From assembly GCA_004431415.1 (NCBI GenBank), contig QPMI01000085.1:1-64000 (forward strand): DNA of 64,000 nucleotides. The letters run 5' to 3'. The translations under genes were made by a program, and so were the position numbers. The notes under the pieces were generated by a model, which made no database searches, was not told the DNA's origin, and worked only from the letters and a program-made list of their open reading frames with translations. Origin of the DNA: Cyanophora paradoxa CCMP329 (Eukaryota > Plantae > Glaucophyta). Positions 38,914 through 51,683 of this stretch are shown here, piece by piece (within the stretch, counting starts at the first letter, position 1; each line of letters starts with the position of its first letter).

Positions 38914-39914
38914 GCAGGACGAAAGTTGGACGAAAGTTGGACGAAAGTCGGACGAAAGTTGGACGAAAGTCGGACGAAAGTTGGACGAAAGTCGGACGAA
39001 AGTTGGACGCAAGTCGGACGAAAGTCGGACGAAAGTTGGACGAAAGTTGGACGAAAGTCGGACGAAAGTTGGGCGAAAGTTTCTGATTCCGATCGTAACC
39101 GCAACTCTGATTCCGATCGTAATCGCAATGTGCCGTCGTAATCGCAATGTGATTCCGATCGTAACCGCAACTCTGATTCCGATCGTAATTCTGATCTACT
39201 TGATCTAGATCTAGATTTGGACATGGTCTTTGGTTCTTTCTGAGCTTCCTTGCTCGCCCAGTAGGGCACACCTCACACCTTCTTTGGAAGCCCTTTATTC
39301 TCACACCTGCAGAACCAAAAAAATCTATATCTAGCTAACAGGCACGAAAGAAGGCCTCTCGCGTTCTCCACTCTTTACACGCGGGTGGTGTACCCGTACA
39401 CGCGGGGGGGGGGGGGGGCAGGACGAAAGTTGGACGAAAGTTGGACGAAAGTTGGACGAAAGTTGGACGAAAGTCGGACGAAAGTTGGACGAAAGTCGGA
39501 CGAAAGTTGGACGAAAGTCGGACGAAAGTTGGACGCAAGTCGGACGAAAGTCGGACGAAAGTTGGACGAAAGTCGGACGAAAGTTGGGCGAAAGTTTCTG
39601 ATTCCGATCGTAACCGCAACTCTGATTCCGATCGTAATCGCAATGTGCCGTCGTAATCGCAATGTGATTCCGATCGTAACCGCAACTCTGATTCCGATCG
39701 TAATTCTGATCTACTTGATCTAGATCTAGATTTGGACATGGTCTTTGGTTCTTTCTGAGCTTCCTTGCTCGCCCAGTAGGGCACACCTCACACCTTCTTT
39801 GGAAGCCCTTTATTCTCACACCTGCAGAACCAAAAAAATCTATATCTAGCTAACAGGCACGAAAGAAGGCCTCTCGCGTTCTCCACTCTTTACACGCGGG
39901 TGGTGTACCCGTAC
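38914..39914. repeat. About 500-bp tandem duplication containing an 11-bp minisatellite (GGACGAAAGTY), CTGATTCCGATCGTAA repeats and the last exon/3' UTR of the 7-TM gene
   Basis: 38914-39399 is near-identical to 39419-39914. Confidence 0.9.
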
Positions 39915-41525
39915 CTGCGGGGAATCAGTATCCGATTGTGCGCAACCAGGATCACATTGACTCACGAGTCGTAGACGGGCACGAGGGTCTTGTCAATGGC
40001 GGTCGCGTACGGGAAGGAGCCGACGGCGTAGATGACAACAGAGACGATCGAGAGGATGAGCGCAACGGTGAGGGGGGTGTAGCCTGCGGATAAGCGTTAG
40101 ACGGACAGTACGTGCGTTAAGCAAGGGACGCACTGCCGACGGGGCAGGTCTTGCCAAGCTGGCAGGAGACGGACAGGGCAATCGCGGCAATGCCGAAGAT
40201 GGCGCCAACGAAGATGATGAGCACCCACAGCTGCAAGCACGTCAGATCGAAGTGGGGCGGGATGAAAGACGAAGCAAGCGCACGAAGGGGCGGGCAGTCT
40301 CGCGCTTAGCGGTGCACATGCGGATCACGGTGGCGAGCAGGACGAAGACCTGGGCGAAGAGCGCGAGCCTGTGGTGCACAATCAGGCACTGGGACGAGGC
40401 ACGGACTCGTCCTGCGCAATCAGCGCACCAGGCGGAGGTGCCGAGGGCGCCCGAGAAGAACACAATGTACACGACGAGGGCGATGGCCTGCGCCGCGGCG
40501 TGAGTGCGGGACAGGGCGGGAGAAGCAGAAATCCGGGCACGATGATGATGCCGACGACAATCAGGGCCGAGAGCACAGTGCCGACGGTCAGGAGGACGGT
40601 GCCGGCGTAGCCAAGAACGAAGGTCGAAGCGATGACCGAGAACACGTTGGCTGCGGAAGCCAGTCAGCATCTCCACCTCTTCAACAGGACGAGGCTCGAA
40701 CCCGCGGTCATGGTGTTCGACCAGTCGGAGTTCACGAGGCCTGGAAAAAAGCGTCAAGGCACGCGTTTTCGAGCGATTCGCGATGCTGCTGCAGTGCACA
40801 CCCTTCGCGGTGTACTGCGGGTAGTGATCTGCATGACGAGGTTCAGCTGTGCACGCCCATGATTGATTGGACACCCCACGCACCGATAGCATAGCCCAGA
40901 GCGATCAGGGAAAGGCAGCCGAACAGGCTGGCAAACCCGAACTGCATGAGGTGCGCCTTGGCCTGCGCGGAGGCAACGGCCGATTCAGAAGGCGGCCGCG
41001 TGGATGATTCGCCGGGTGGCCCCGATTTCACGTTTCGCGTTCGAAAACACGCCGGAAAACGCATTTCGGGGTGCCTAGGGCATTCTAGAGCCATCGCGGA
41101 CGCTATCCAGAGTTGTCCGCGAACATAACGCCCTCCCGAGACAATCAACGCATCCGCCAGCGAAAGCCCCACGGGCAACGCAGATACGCACGCTGTACTG
41201 GCCGACGGCGGCATTGCGCTTGTAGATCGAGTACCACTTGAAGGCCGCAACCGCCGAGATGACGGCGTTAATAGCCGCACCCGTGTAGGCGGCGTAAACC
41301 TCCGAGCTGGCTGTGGAGGAAACGCGACAGGGCGTTAGTCGAGGCTGATGAGCCGTCGGAATACCGCCAGGGCCATCCGCCCGCCCCGCTAGGTGAGACT
41401 AACGGAAATTTCTAACAGCCGCCGGGAAAATGACCCGAACGGGCGCCGCGGTCGAACAGACTCCATCGAAACCTAGCCCAGTCGCAGAGACGCTCACCCG
41501 TGGTGGCAATCGACGGCGCCGACAT
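39889..41525 (-). CDS. Hypothetical multi-pass (about 7 TM) membrane protein
   Basis: Spliced MSAPSIATTASSEVYAAYTGAAINAVISAV...VFSVIASTFVLGYAG...YTPLTVALILSIVSVVIYAVG...YGYTTRV*; GT-AG introns. Confidence 0.75.
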
Positions 41526-41885
41526 TGTAGGTTGTTAGTACTGAACCCCTCGACTGAGCACTGACTTCTGGGTACCCGTTTTAACGATTTCAAAAAAGAA
41601 CAAAGGCTAGATCAACGAAGGCCACGTCGGCTCCACGTGAAGCGATGGAGGAGTCGCAGCTCTCGCAGCGGCGGCGCGGCGATGCGGCGGGACAAGCGCG
41701 TCGTCGTCATCGCCCCCGCGGCGTTGCGGGCTGGCTTACGACGACCGCGAGCTTCGCCTGCGGGGGGAGCAGCTAGCGCTGAAGCTCGTGGTGGCGAGCT
41801 AGAACACGCAGGACGCAGGCGCTGCAGCAGCGCCGGCGACGCTGAAGCGGGAGGAGCGGAAGCGGAAGTGGACGGAGGGCATCGA

Positions 41886-42094
41886 TCGTGCACATCACGT
41901 CGGCGTCTCACACGCGCTTGCCGTGCAGCTCATCCGAAGAGAAAATGGCCCCGACTGCTGTGCACGCCGAGACTCCCGCTGAGGGTGCGATCCTGAGGTC
42001 TCGTTGCTAGCGCATCGCCGAGCTCCGAGCGCAGCCCAGGAGCTGGCCGTCGTCTACGCGGCGCTCATCCTCCACGATGATGGCATCACCGTGA
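41886..42094 (+). pseudogene. Captured copy of RPLP1 5' UTR, exon 1, intron 1 and exon 2, lying between two diverged copies of a repeat (41631-41870, 42111-42460)
   Basis: Near-identical reverse complement of 12698-12906. Confidence 0.92.
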
Positions 42095-45000
42095 TCGATA
42101 TCGATATCGTTCCACGTGAAGCGATGGCGTCGGCACAGCTCTCGCCGCGGCAGCGCGGCGATGCGGCGGGACACGGGCGTCGACGCCATCGAGCACTGGG
42201 GGGACCCCGCCGCCCTCCAGCGCGATGAGACGTCGTGCGCAAGCTAGAGGTAGCGCTAGAGCTGTTGCAGATCTCAACTTTGACATACTGCAGCGACGAG
42301 ATCCCGCGGCGCTGCAGACTGGGCTACGACGACCGCGAGCGTCGCCCGCGGGGGGAGCAGCTAGCGCTGAAGTTGGTGTTCGCGACCTAGAGCATACAGG
42401 ACGCAGGTGCTGCAGCAGCGACGGCGCCGCTGAAGCGGGAGGAGCGGAAGCGGAAGTGGGAGGAGCGGAAGAGGAAATGGGCTGAAGCTGGAGCAGTTGC
42501 TGGAGCAGGATCGCAAGCGGGAGAATTGGGAAGTGGAAGCGGCCACCGAGCGAGGATCCGCCAGCTGGCAGTTTGCGCAAGGTCAACGACCAGTGGGCGG
42601 CAGCATGTGGCGAAAGTCGACAAAAGAGAGCATGTGCGGCCGTGCTTGGCTGCGTTCCCTCTCTGAGACAGACCGCAAGAGTACAGACAGACCGTCGCCG
42701 CGTGCAGCCTTTCTCTGCCGCAGTGACCTTCCTCGGCACCTCCGCCGAGCCTAGGCCCTAGTAGGCCGGCATTACTGGAAGCTCAGATTCAAAAGGGTTT
42801 AAAGTGCCTAAGCTAGTTCACCGATCCAAGGGTTTAAAGAGCCTCGGACTCCGGGAGCCGCTGAGCTGCTGAGCATGCCGCAGCATGAGAGGCTAGCTAG
42901 CTATATAGCTAGCTTTTTCACAAAGCCCATATCAAGGGCGGTGGCGAGTGTATTTGTTCAGTGACATCGTACGCACTACCGGTTCGGACTGGGCCGAACT
43001 CTGGGTCAGAGCATAACCTGAGGCCGGAACACAGGGATAGGCGCCTCGACGCTACAGCTGAGCGTTTCTCTTGTGGGGGGGAAGCGTGGGGAGGGGGTCG
43101 TCGTCGTGAGTGTACGTACCAGATGCTGGGGTCGTGGCGCCGAGGGGGGCCAATTTTTTATCAGGCAGGGGTAGAGGGGTGGGGGGGAGGGGAGGGGCGG
43201 CGCGGGCGGTGGTAGCGGGCGCGCCCCCTTATTTTTATTGCGTGTGGGGCGCGGGGTATTTTGTGGGCCTGGTTGGGGGTGTTATCGAGGGTGCCGCGGG
43301 GGCGGGCGGTGGCGGGCGGGGTGGCCGCCCTAGTGTGGTCGTAGAAAAGAGGGGCGTGGTGGGGGTTTTAGGCCGTGGGGCTAGGTTATCGCTAGCGTCT
43401 GGGCCGTGGGCTTGCCTAGGGGGTGGGGCTGGCCCGGAGGAGGGCAAGGCTTTATGCGAGATCGGGGTAAGAGCCTCGGAGGGTGTCATTGCTTCATAAA
43501 GCTATCTAACTCAGAGAGGGAGGCGGCGGGCTTTCACAGGGCCCCCACCGTCGGTAGTCATGCTACCACAATTGCAAGTTGTGAAGAAAAGAAGAGAGAA
43601 AGAAAGCGGGGGCCGAAAGGGCGAGAGGGCCGAGGCCATTGGGGCCAAACGTAAAAGAGAGGGAGAGTTTATGCTGCCGCGTTGTCGGCGGCGGCCGCCC
43701 GGCGTCCGGCCAGGAGGGCCTCCATGGCGTCGCCGCGGGGCCCCCGAGGGCCGAGGTGAGCTCGGCGAGCATGCGCTGGGCCGCCTGGTAGTTGGTGAGC
43801 GGGATGGTGGCCGGCCCGGGGCCGGAGGCGGGGGCCGGGCCGGGGCGGGCGCGGGGCGGCGGCCGGCGCCGGGGCGGCGCGGCGGCGACGGCGGCGGCGG
43901 CGGCGGCGGCGACGGCGGCGGCGGCGGCGGCGGCGGCCGCAGCGGCAGCGGTGGCGGCGTTGGCGGCCGCGGCGGGTGTGGCTACGGCGCGCGGCTGCGG
44001 CCGCCGCGGCCGCCCCCTATAGCTATATATATATATATGCAAATGATCATGAGCTCAAGGGCCTATATAGCTAGCTATGCGCTTGTACGCATGCAGTATA
44101 CGTATATATATACAGTACGCGGACCCTGTCCTAGTTCTCTTGTTAAACGTTTAGACTCTGAGAGATTTGCATAATGGCTGCTACAGGCCTGTGCACTGGC
44201 ATGCAAGTTCGAGCTCGAGCGAGGGTGCCCAGCTCCCTCGTGCAGTTAAAATCTTTCGAATTGCTCCACTAGGGGGCCAAGCTTTTAAGGGCATCCCAAA
44301 GCAGACGGGGGCCGACTTATTCGTGTGTATATCGATATCGCAGGCGCCCCTCAAGCTCGCCGACCGTATAGGAGGCTTGCATCGGGGGGGTGTCAAGGGG
44401 ACCAGTCGCCTCGTGGGAGAGGGGCCGGCGGGCATGAGGGGCGGGCGGCGCGGGGCCTGGCAGCGGCCGCCGGGGACGCACTGCCCGCCGCTGGGAAGTC
44501 TTCGACGGAGCCCGGGGATTCCGGGTCCGATAGTGGGCGAGCGCCATCAGGCTCGGACCCCACGAGGGCGGGTCCCGGCGAGGCCGGGCCCTGAGGCAGG
44601 CGAGCGCCGTCTGGCTCAGACCCCGCGGTGGCAGCTGGGCGAGCGTTTGAGTGCTCATGCGCCCGGGGATACGTAGGGGTCGTCGGCTTGCATGCCGGCG
44701 CCAGCGGCGCCAGCAGAGGCGGCATCACAGCTCGGGGCTCTGTCCACCGCCGCGTCTTGGGGCGCTTGCTCCGCGTCCCGCCAGAGGCCTGCGAGCGTCG
44801 CGCACGCGTCACGGAGAGCCAAGTGAGCGGGGGGACGCGGCCCCGTGGTTCTTGAGTGTCGTGCTGGCGCGGGCGGCCCCGCGCACGGGCCGCCGGCGCC
44901 GGCGTGCTCTGTGGCCGTACGGGGCCGGCGTCAGAGTTCATAGAGGAGGGGCGCGGGCGGAGGGTGTGAGCGACGGGCGCGGGGAGGGTCCCGCATGATC

Positions 45001-47581
45001 GGCGGCAGCGGAGCCGGGTGCGTTGGCGGAGCCGCGCGTCCGACTGCGCGGAGTCGAGTCGAGTTGTGCGTCGTGCGCTGTGGGCGTGAGCTCAGGCGAG
45101 CCGCGCATGCGCGGGTGGCATGCGTTGGCGGGAAGGCGGGCGGAGCGAGGACGGGAGCTTAAACGAGCGTATGCTGGCTCTAGATGTTGTGTGGCGTCTC
45201 TCGGGCGCGCTCGGAGTGGCAGGAGAAGGCGGCGGGGACCGGCCCGTTTAAACACGTTACCGCGGGAGCTGGCGCGAGTCGCGGCGCCAACAGGGGCGCA
45301 GCTGCTCTTCTAGATGTCTGTGGTGTCGCTGCGGCTGTCGTTGCCCGCCCGGCGGACCTACTTTGCGTGTTCGGGCCGTGCTGGTCGTTGGGCGTCGGCG
45401 CCGCGAGTTTTGGGACCGGCCACGTGTAGTGCTAGCAGGCACCCTCGTTGGGGAAGCCCCACTGCGCCGGCTTACTCGCTCGCGGGCCTTCGCGCAATTT
45501 CCGCGGTCGCTGAAGCTGTACATATGTTCCTCGAGCTCGAGACCATGCATGTGTAAACGCGTCCCTCGTCTGAGTTGTCTCCCTGATCGTCTCGCGTGCG
45601 CTTGCGCCGCGTTCGCTTCATGAGCTCGACGAGAGGCTCGAGATCTTATTAACCTATATTATATCGCTATATAGCTAGCTATACTATGATATAGCGCTGT
45701 AGACACCAAGCCTTTGGCGAAGGGCCACATGTCGATCAGACAGAGCAACACAATCTGGATCGATCTGGATCTCGATTTCGATTTTTATTTCGATTTCTAT
45801 CTGCCAGGCTGAATATGCATATTCATATGCCTTTTCCGAAGTTCCCCGTTACTGCCAGTATTAGTGTTACTGCCCCATGGCCTAGCAACACATGGCCAAG
45901 GATCCCGGAGTCCGGAGCCCGGTCGGAGCCCCAGCCATGGACCCCCCACAACGTTAACAGCTCCGCAGTTCCTACACCCCACACCCACACTTGCGCATGC
46001 CGCCCAGCTCCCCGGGCCCGGGCCCACGGACAAATGCATTGCGATAAAGTTCGTGACTCTATGTTCTCAACCCCGCACAGCCCTCTCTCAAATCAAAGTC
46101 CATCACTCTCTCAATCTCTCAAATCTCAATCAAATCTCAAATGAGATACAGATTCCACTCAATGGCCGCGATCAGCCTCAGGCTCGGAGTCTGGATCGGC
46201 AGGGAGAGACTGGACTGCTTGGCAAGCTTCAGTCTGGATTTCCTGGGCCCGTTTCTCCTTGTACGAAGGGCGGGACAGTTTTGATGACGACGTGCCTGCC
46301 CCAATTGTCTGCTCCCGATTCTGCTTCACGTGAAATTCCTGCCGAGAACGCCACTGCACGACGCATCATGAATTCAGGGTTCAGGGGATTGCAATCATGA
46401 CCACAGGGTACCTTTGCTTGGGGCACCAGACCCTCTTGCTTATAGAACCCAACAGTGTACTCCCTGCTCGAGAATCATTACAGGGCGTCATTCAAATGAA
46501 AGGGAAATACACACCGTGGCGGCATTATGTGCTCGTCATGGAGAGTGAGTGTACCCTTCCGCAAAGAACCCAACCGGGTTTCAAGGGGGCACTCAAGAGC
46601 TGGCCGCTCGTTGCGCCGATTCCTCCCATCACTTTCCATGACCACCCGTTTTCGCGTAAGTTGCAACTCCGATTCAGCGGAGAGCGAGAATGTTTGCTCA
46701 AAATGTCTGCGACCGGGGGCCTTTTGGGGGAACTATGTTAGAGCATTGTGCAAACGAGCTAGATGAAATTGAGCTAAGAAAGACGAGCTTTGCGGGGGCT
46801 CTTATTAGCTTGCATTTGCTCGTAAGCTGGCTGGGCTTTACCTTGTCAGTTTCCAGCCGTAGGGGCTCTTGAACGCGGGCCACACCCGAGACGCGTTCGT
46901 GTCTCTGCTCGCTCTTGGGCGCTATTCTCACGCTCGAGCGCCAGACGGCGCCGGTCGTCGGCATGCCCACATTTGCACCGTCGAGGGCGGGTTGCCTCGG
47001 CGGCGAGAAGTGCCTTCGTTGCGCGTGCGCGTAGTCGGCGGAACTCGGCAGTCCCGGAACTCGGCGCTTCGTACCGCCGAGGCTCCAGGCTGGGCCCGCC
47101 CTCTCCACCGCGCCGGCGGACAGCTCCTCCAGCATCTCGAACGCTAGCTCTAGCTCTAGCTCTAGGAAATGCGGACGTCGACAAGCTGGCCAGCTGTGTT
47201 GTAGACAAAAAGGTCGAGCTGCGTCACTGGTGTGTCAGCGGCCAACGGCTGTAGCTAGCACATTGAGAACACGGGCATACAGCTGCGGACGACGCAAGAG
47301 CTAGAAAGGGCGGTGCTACCTACGGGGCTAGATGTTGCGGACAAAGCAGCAGGGCCCTCTGAAGCGGCTTTCGCCAACGACGGCTTTGGCTAGCGCTCTT
47401 TTTTTTCAAAGCTGAAGGGTATTGTAATTTCAGCGGCCTGCGCCCGGCCTTCGAAGCGGCCTAATCGCTTCCCTCCGCTTTCAACAGACTCGAACAGAAC
47501 AATACGCTGGCTGACCCGCACAGTCGAGTCCCGCCGCGCCTGCCCGCCGGGCCGGCAGGGAAGCAGCCTTCGTCCTCCCCG

Positions 47582-50009
47582 GTCTCTCTCCCGAATCCTT
47601 CCTCCGTCTTCGGCTCCGGACCGCCCGCTATTCTGCGCATCCAGGTCTGTCGCCTGTGCTCCGCGCCCCAGCCCCTTCACTCACCGGCACGCCGGAATCG
47701 CGCAGCTCCTCTCTGATCCCCCTGTGGAAGGATGCGAAATCACGCCCTACGTCCTGCTCTCGAATGTCAACTCTAGCGTGGGCGGGTCGCACCACAGCGG
47801 CGGCGGGTCACTTCCGAACGGCGCATCCCCGCTCAAGATCAATGGCACCAAAGTAGATACCGGTGATGAGAATGGAGTGCGCTACCGGTCCGCGATCCCA
47901 CCGCCCTCCCGCGACTCTCATCGCGTCGCCGAACGAGCCCTGCATAGGTGGTATCGGTGCCTCCACAGGAGAGTCTGCTCGTATCCAGCTTGCCCCTCAG
48001 GCGCGGACGGGGACGCGAAGGCCAAGTATGCAAAGCTGCAATGCGCGGTCTGCGCGAAGCTCCGCTGCTCTCTGCAAGAGAGCTACTTCTGCTCCGTCGA
48101 GTGCTTTCAGGCTGCTTGGCCCAAGCACAAGTACAACCATCCTCCGCAAGCCCTGGCCAAGCACGCCCGGCCATGGAACCGGCCGCTGGATGAAATGCAG
48201 GACGAGGAGGATGCGGTCTCGCGCGGCGGGGACAACAGCAAGGCCGCCAGCTCAGCAGGCATCGAGAACGAGCTCGACGGCGGCGTGTGGCTCGAGGTCG
48301 GCCGCTCCAAGTGCGCCCGCTTTGCTTGCTGATCCCCGTGCTGGGGGGCACTTCACCGCGCCATTCGCTCACGCGCACATCGCAGAATCTACGTGCCGGT
48401 TCGAGAAGACGTTGGGCGCGTGCTGAAGTTCGAGGTCGCCCCGGTCACGCGGGACGGTACTGTCATTGGGCGAGTGGAATCCATCGAGACGAGTCCCGTT
48501 CTTCCCGGTGACTTGGCATTAGTCGTGGCACTACATGGCAGACTGTCGTCTGACGCGCTTCGCAGCGCCACCGCCACCGCCCGAGCGCCGAATGGTGGTT
48601 CTCCCCTCCATGTACAGCAAGCCCGTCGTCGGTCAGCGCTCACCCACTCCCGTCCCCCTCTCGCTTGGAATACGCACTAAATATGAATTGGCATCCAGGG
48701 ACCACGTTCAAGTTTCTCACATACAACGTGCTTGCGGAGATCTACGCCGGGCAGAACATGTATCCGTATTGCCCTGGATGGGCGCTCGGCTGGAATTATC
48801 GAAAAAAGAACCTTATCCGCGAGCTGCTCACTAATCGGGCGGACATCATGTGCCTTCAGGTCTGTCTTCTTGTGGAAAAGGTCACTACTCGCCCCTTGGC
48901 TGAGTGCCCTTGCAGGAAGTCCAGTGTGACGCTTTTGAGGACTTCTTCCGCCCCGAGATGAGCAAGTACGGCTACGATGCTGTTTATAAGCAGAAAACCC
49001 GGGAAGCCATGGGAGCCGATGGTAAAATGGATGGCTGCTCCATTTTCTTCAAGCGCGATCGGTTCGTTTGTTCTAAGCCTGCCTCTTCGAGTTTTCTCGT
49101 TGACACAGCGCAGGTTTGCGCTTCGGGAGAGGCATGTGATCGAGTACAACCAGCAGTAAGCCCCGCGCAATTTTGCAGGGCCAGGATACTTTGTCTGACT
49201 TTCCCATTTTTCAGGGCGATCGAACACGCGGCAGCGATGAAGCTCAGCTCCCCTGCCCTGAATCGCATGCTGAAAGATAACGTGGGCGTGGTGGTCGTTC
49301 TAGAGGTAAGTGATTTCTTCATCTTTCTTGCCTTCGTACTCACCTGTCTTCAGGTCCTGCCTGACCCGACGCGCCCTCAACCGTCGAGGCCAGGGCGAAC
49401 GCGTGATCTTATCTGTGTCGCAAACACGCATGTTTATTGGGATCCAGACTACGCGGATGTGAAATTGTGGCAGGTAAGGTCGATCCTTTGCGGACTGCAA
49501 GGCATTCTAATGATTTTTTTTGCGCGCAGACACATGTGTTCCTACAGGAGGTCGAGCGCATCTGTAGAACACCCCGGCCTGGATCGGATGGCTTCTTGCC
49601 CGTCGTGATTGGGGGCGATTTCAACTCGTTGCCAGACAGTGGTGTTCACGAACTGCTGGCGAGAGGGCGAATCAGCCCCAATCACCCGGACCTGTCCTAC
49701 GACACCTACGGCATCCTTGGTGCTGGGCCGATGCGCCTCAACCTCTCCCACAACATTCAGTTGCGAGATGTATTTGCCGAGGTGGCAGAGGAACTGCCCC
49801 AGATGCCGAAGTACACGAATTTCACTGGTCACTTCGTTGGCGAGATTGACTATGTCCTGTACACTCCCGACCGCTTCCGTCTCCGCTCCTTCCTCCACAC
49901 CATCCCCGAGGAGGTCCTCTGCGACCTCACCGCCCTGCCCTCACAGCAATTCAGCTCCGACCACATATCCCTCCTCGTTGAGTTCGAGTATTTCTCTGGG
50001 GGCAAGTAG
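47582..50009 (+). CDS. CCR4: CCR4 deadenylase, plant-type (MYND-like Zn finger plus EEP domain); start codon not found
   Basis: PPVEGCEITPYV, QCAVC..YFCSVECFQAAWPKH, TYNVLAEIYA, ADIMCLQEVQ, ANTHVYWDP, GDFNSLP, IDYVLY, SSDH. Confidence 0.93.
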
Positions 50010-50959
50010 TTTGAGCTGTGTATAGTCCTCTGCCCTTCCTTTTTTCAAGCTCGTTGGATCAGCTGTGATGGGGCTCGCGTGCGGCACTGCGCAGCCTGTC
50101 AGAGGGCGCAGAGGGAGGTGGGCACACCCCCCTGCGCGTAGTAGCTCTACCTACGGGAAGGGGACTTGGTGCCTCGTCGACGTCGATATGGAGACCCACA
50201 TGCGTATGCAAACTTTTGGCATGCATACATATGTATACGTATCTTATACTCAGCGCTCCCGAAAGCCAAAATTGCAATTAATGTTTGGTTAATGCAGCTG
50301 CAGTATTGTTGCTTTGAATTGCCAGTTATATATATAATCAACGTTGGCTCTGGATCATCGGATATCGATCTTGCCAGTTGGCCATGGGGCTGCGCTTTTC
50401 CGGATCCAAGATTGATCGACTAGTACTCCATGGCCATGGGCCATCTCGGGTTCACAGCTGCAGGTGTCCTGCCGGCGCCCAGTGCCGCCCACCACCCCGG
50501 CCATGGGCCCAGCTGCAGTTTTAACGTTGGCTCAGCGGCTCTGGAAATATATCGATCTCGGGGCTTTAATTTTCCAAGGCTGATCGACTCCATGGGCCCT
50601 GGGCCCTGAGAACCCCCCCGCCCCCCGCCCCCGTCCCCCCCCCCCCCCCCCCCCCCTTTCCGCGCGGCAGGAAGCAATATGCCACACCCGGCGAGCGTGT
50701 AGCTAGAGTGTCCGCGGGGAGGCACATTACAACACAGGGCCCGGCCGACAGGGCGTGAGCTCGGTAGGCTCGGCCCGCAGCGACAGCAGCCGCGGTGTAC
50801 ACTTCCACACTTGTAGCCGGGACATCAAGCTTTTGATTCGTGTCCAAAACGTGTCATGACTTGTCACGGGCGAGCCGGGTCGGGGACAGGCGTCCCTCGC
50901 CCGATTGTAACTCTAACGGAATGAATCAGAATTAGTACTAGAGCTCTCTGTTCGACGGG

Positions 50960-51207
50960 TCATAGTTGAAGCGCGCACCGGCGGCTCATCGGCGGCACAC
51001 TACTCGTGGGCTCGCGGTATAACCGCAGAAGATAGAATGCCAGCGCAAGCACGTGGACCGCAACGAGCGCTCCGACGACGTAGTAGATCGTCTGCAACGG
51101 ATAAGGAAGCGCGGTGCACGGGACCCAGCGAGCTCGGGCACCTGGTGCCGCGACGACGCTAGGGAGTCCGGCGCCGTCGTTGCCGTCGCTGAGGGGCTCG
51201 GTTCCAT
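50960..51207 (-). CDS. Small single-pass membrane protein (hypothetical)
   Basis: MEPSPSAT...RHQ|TIYYVVGALVAVHVLALAFYLLRLY with one GT-AG intron. Confidence 0.45.
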
Positions 51208-51683
51208 CGACGCTAGCGGCGAAAATTCCACCGAGTGACCGGTGCACACGGCATCCCAAGCTAGCACCGAGTACCAGCCGCGTACGCGGATTCGATTGCA
51301 GTCTCTCCAAACGCCGCGACTCCAGGATGCAGGGGCGCTCGATCTCAGAGTCTCTGCAGCTGAAATCCCAGGTGGTCAAGTTGACGCGTCTTTACCCCCC
51401 ATCTCCCCCCCCCCGACTAGGGCAGCCTAGGAGCCCTCTAAAACACGGCGAAACAAAAGAAGATTGCTACCTGATTCGATTATTTAGTCGAGGAAGAGCG
51501 TGCTCGAGCGTCTAGCTAGCGCCAAGTACCAATGTTCTAGCTAGCTAGCTAGCACCGCCGGCGGATTCAGCTCGAGGCGAGCTGCATAAACTTCTCTTCT
51601 CTAGAGCAGAATGTATTCAGGCGACACTTATGCAACCCGGCCGCTCGAGCCGCCCGGGTCGTCCGGAGCGGAGCCGGCGAGCA

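Noticed and set aside
38914-39720. CRISPR-like array or repetitive ORFs (RPTFVQLSS)
   Set aside because: Tandem units without unique spacers, eukaryotic context; the ORFs are repeat translations
43235-45620. GC-rich poly-Ala/Pro ORFs, possible retroelement remnant
   Set aside because: No recognisable domain or termini
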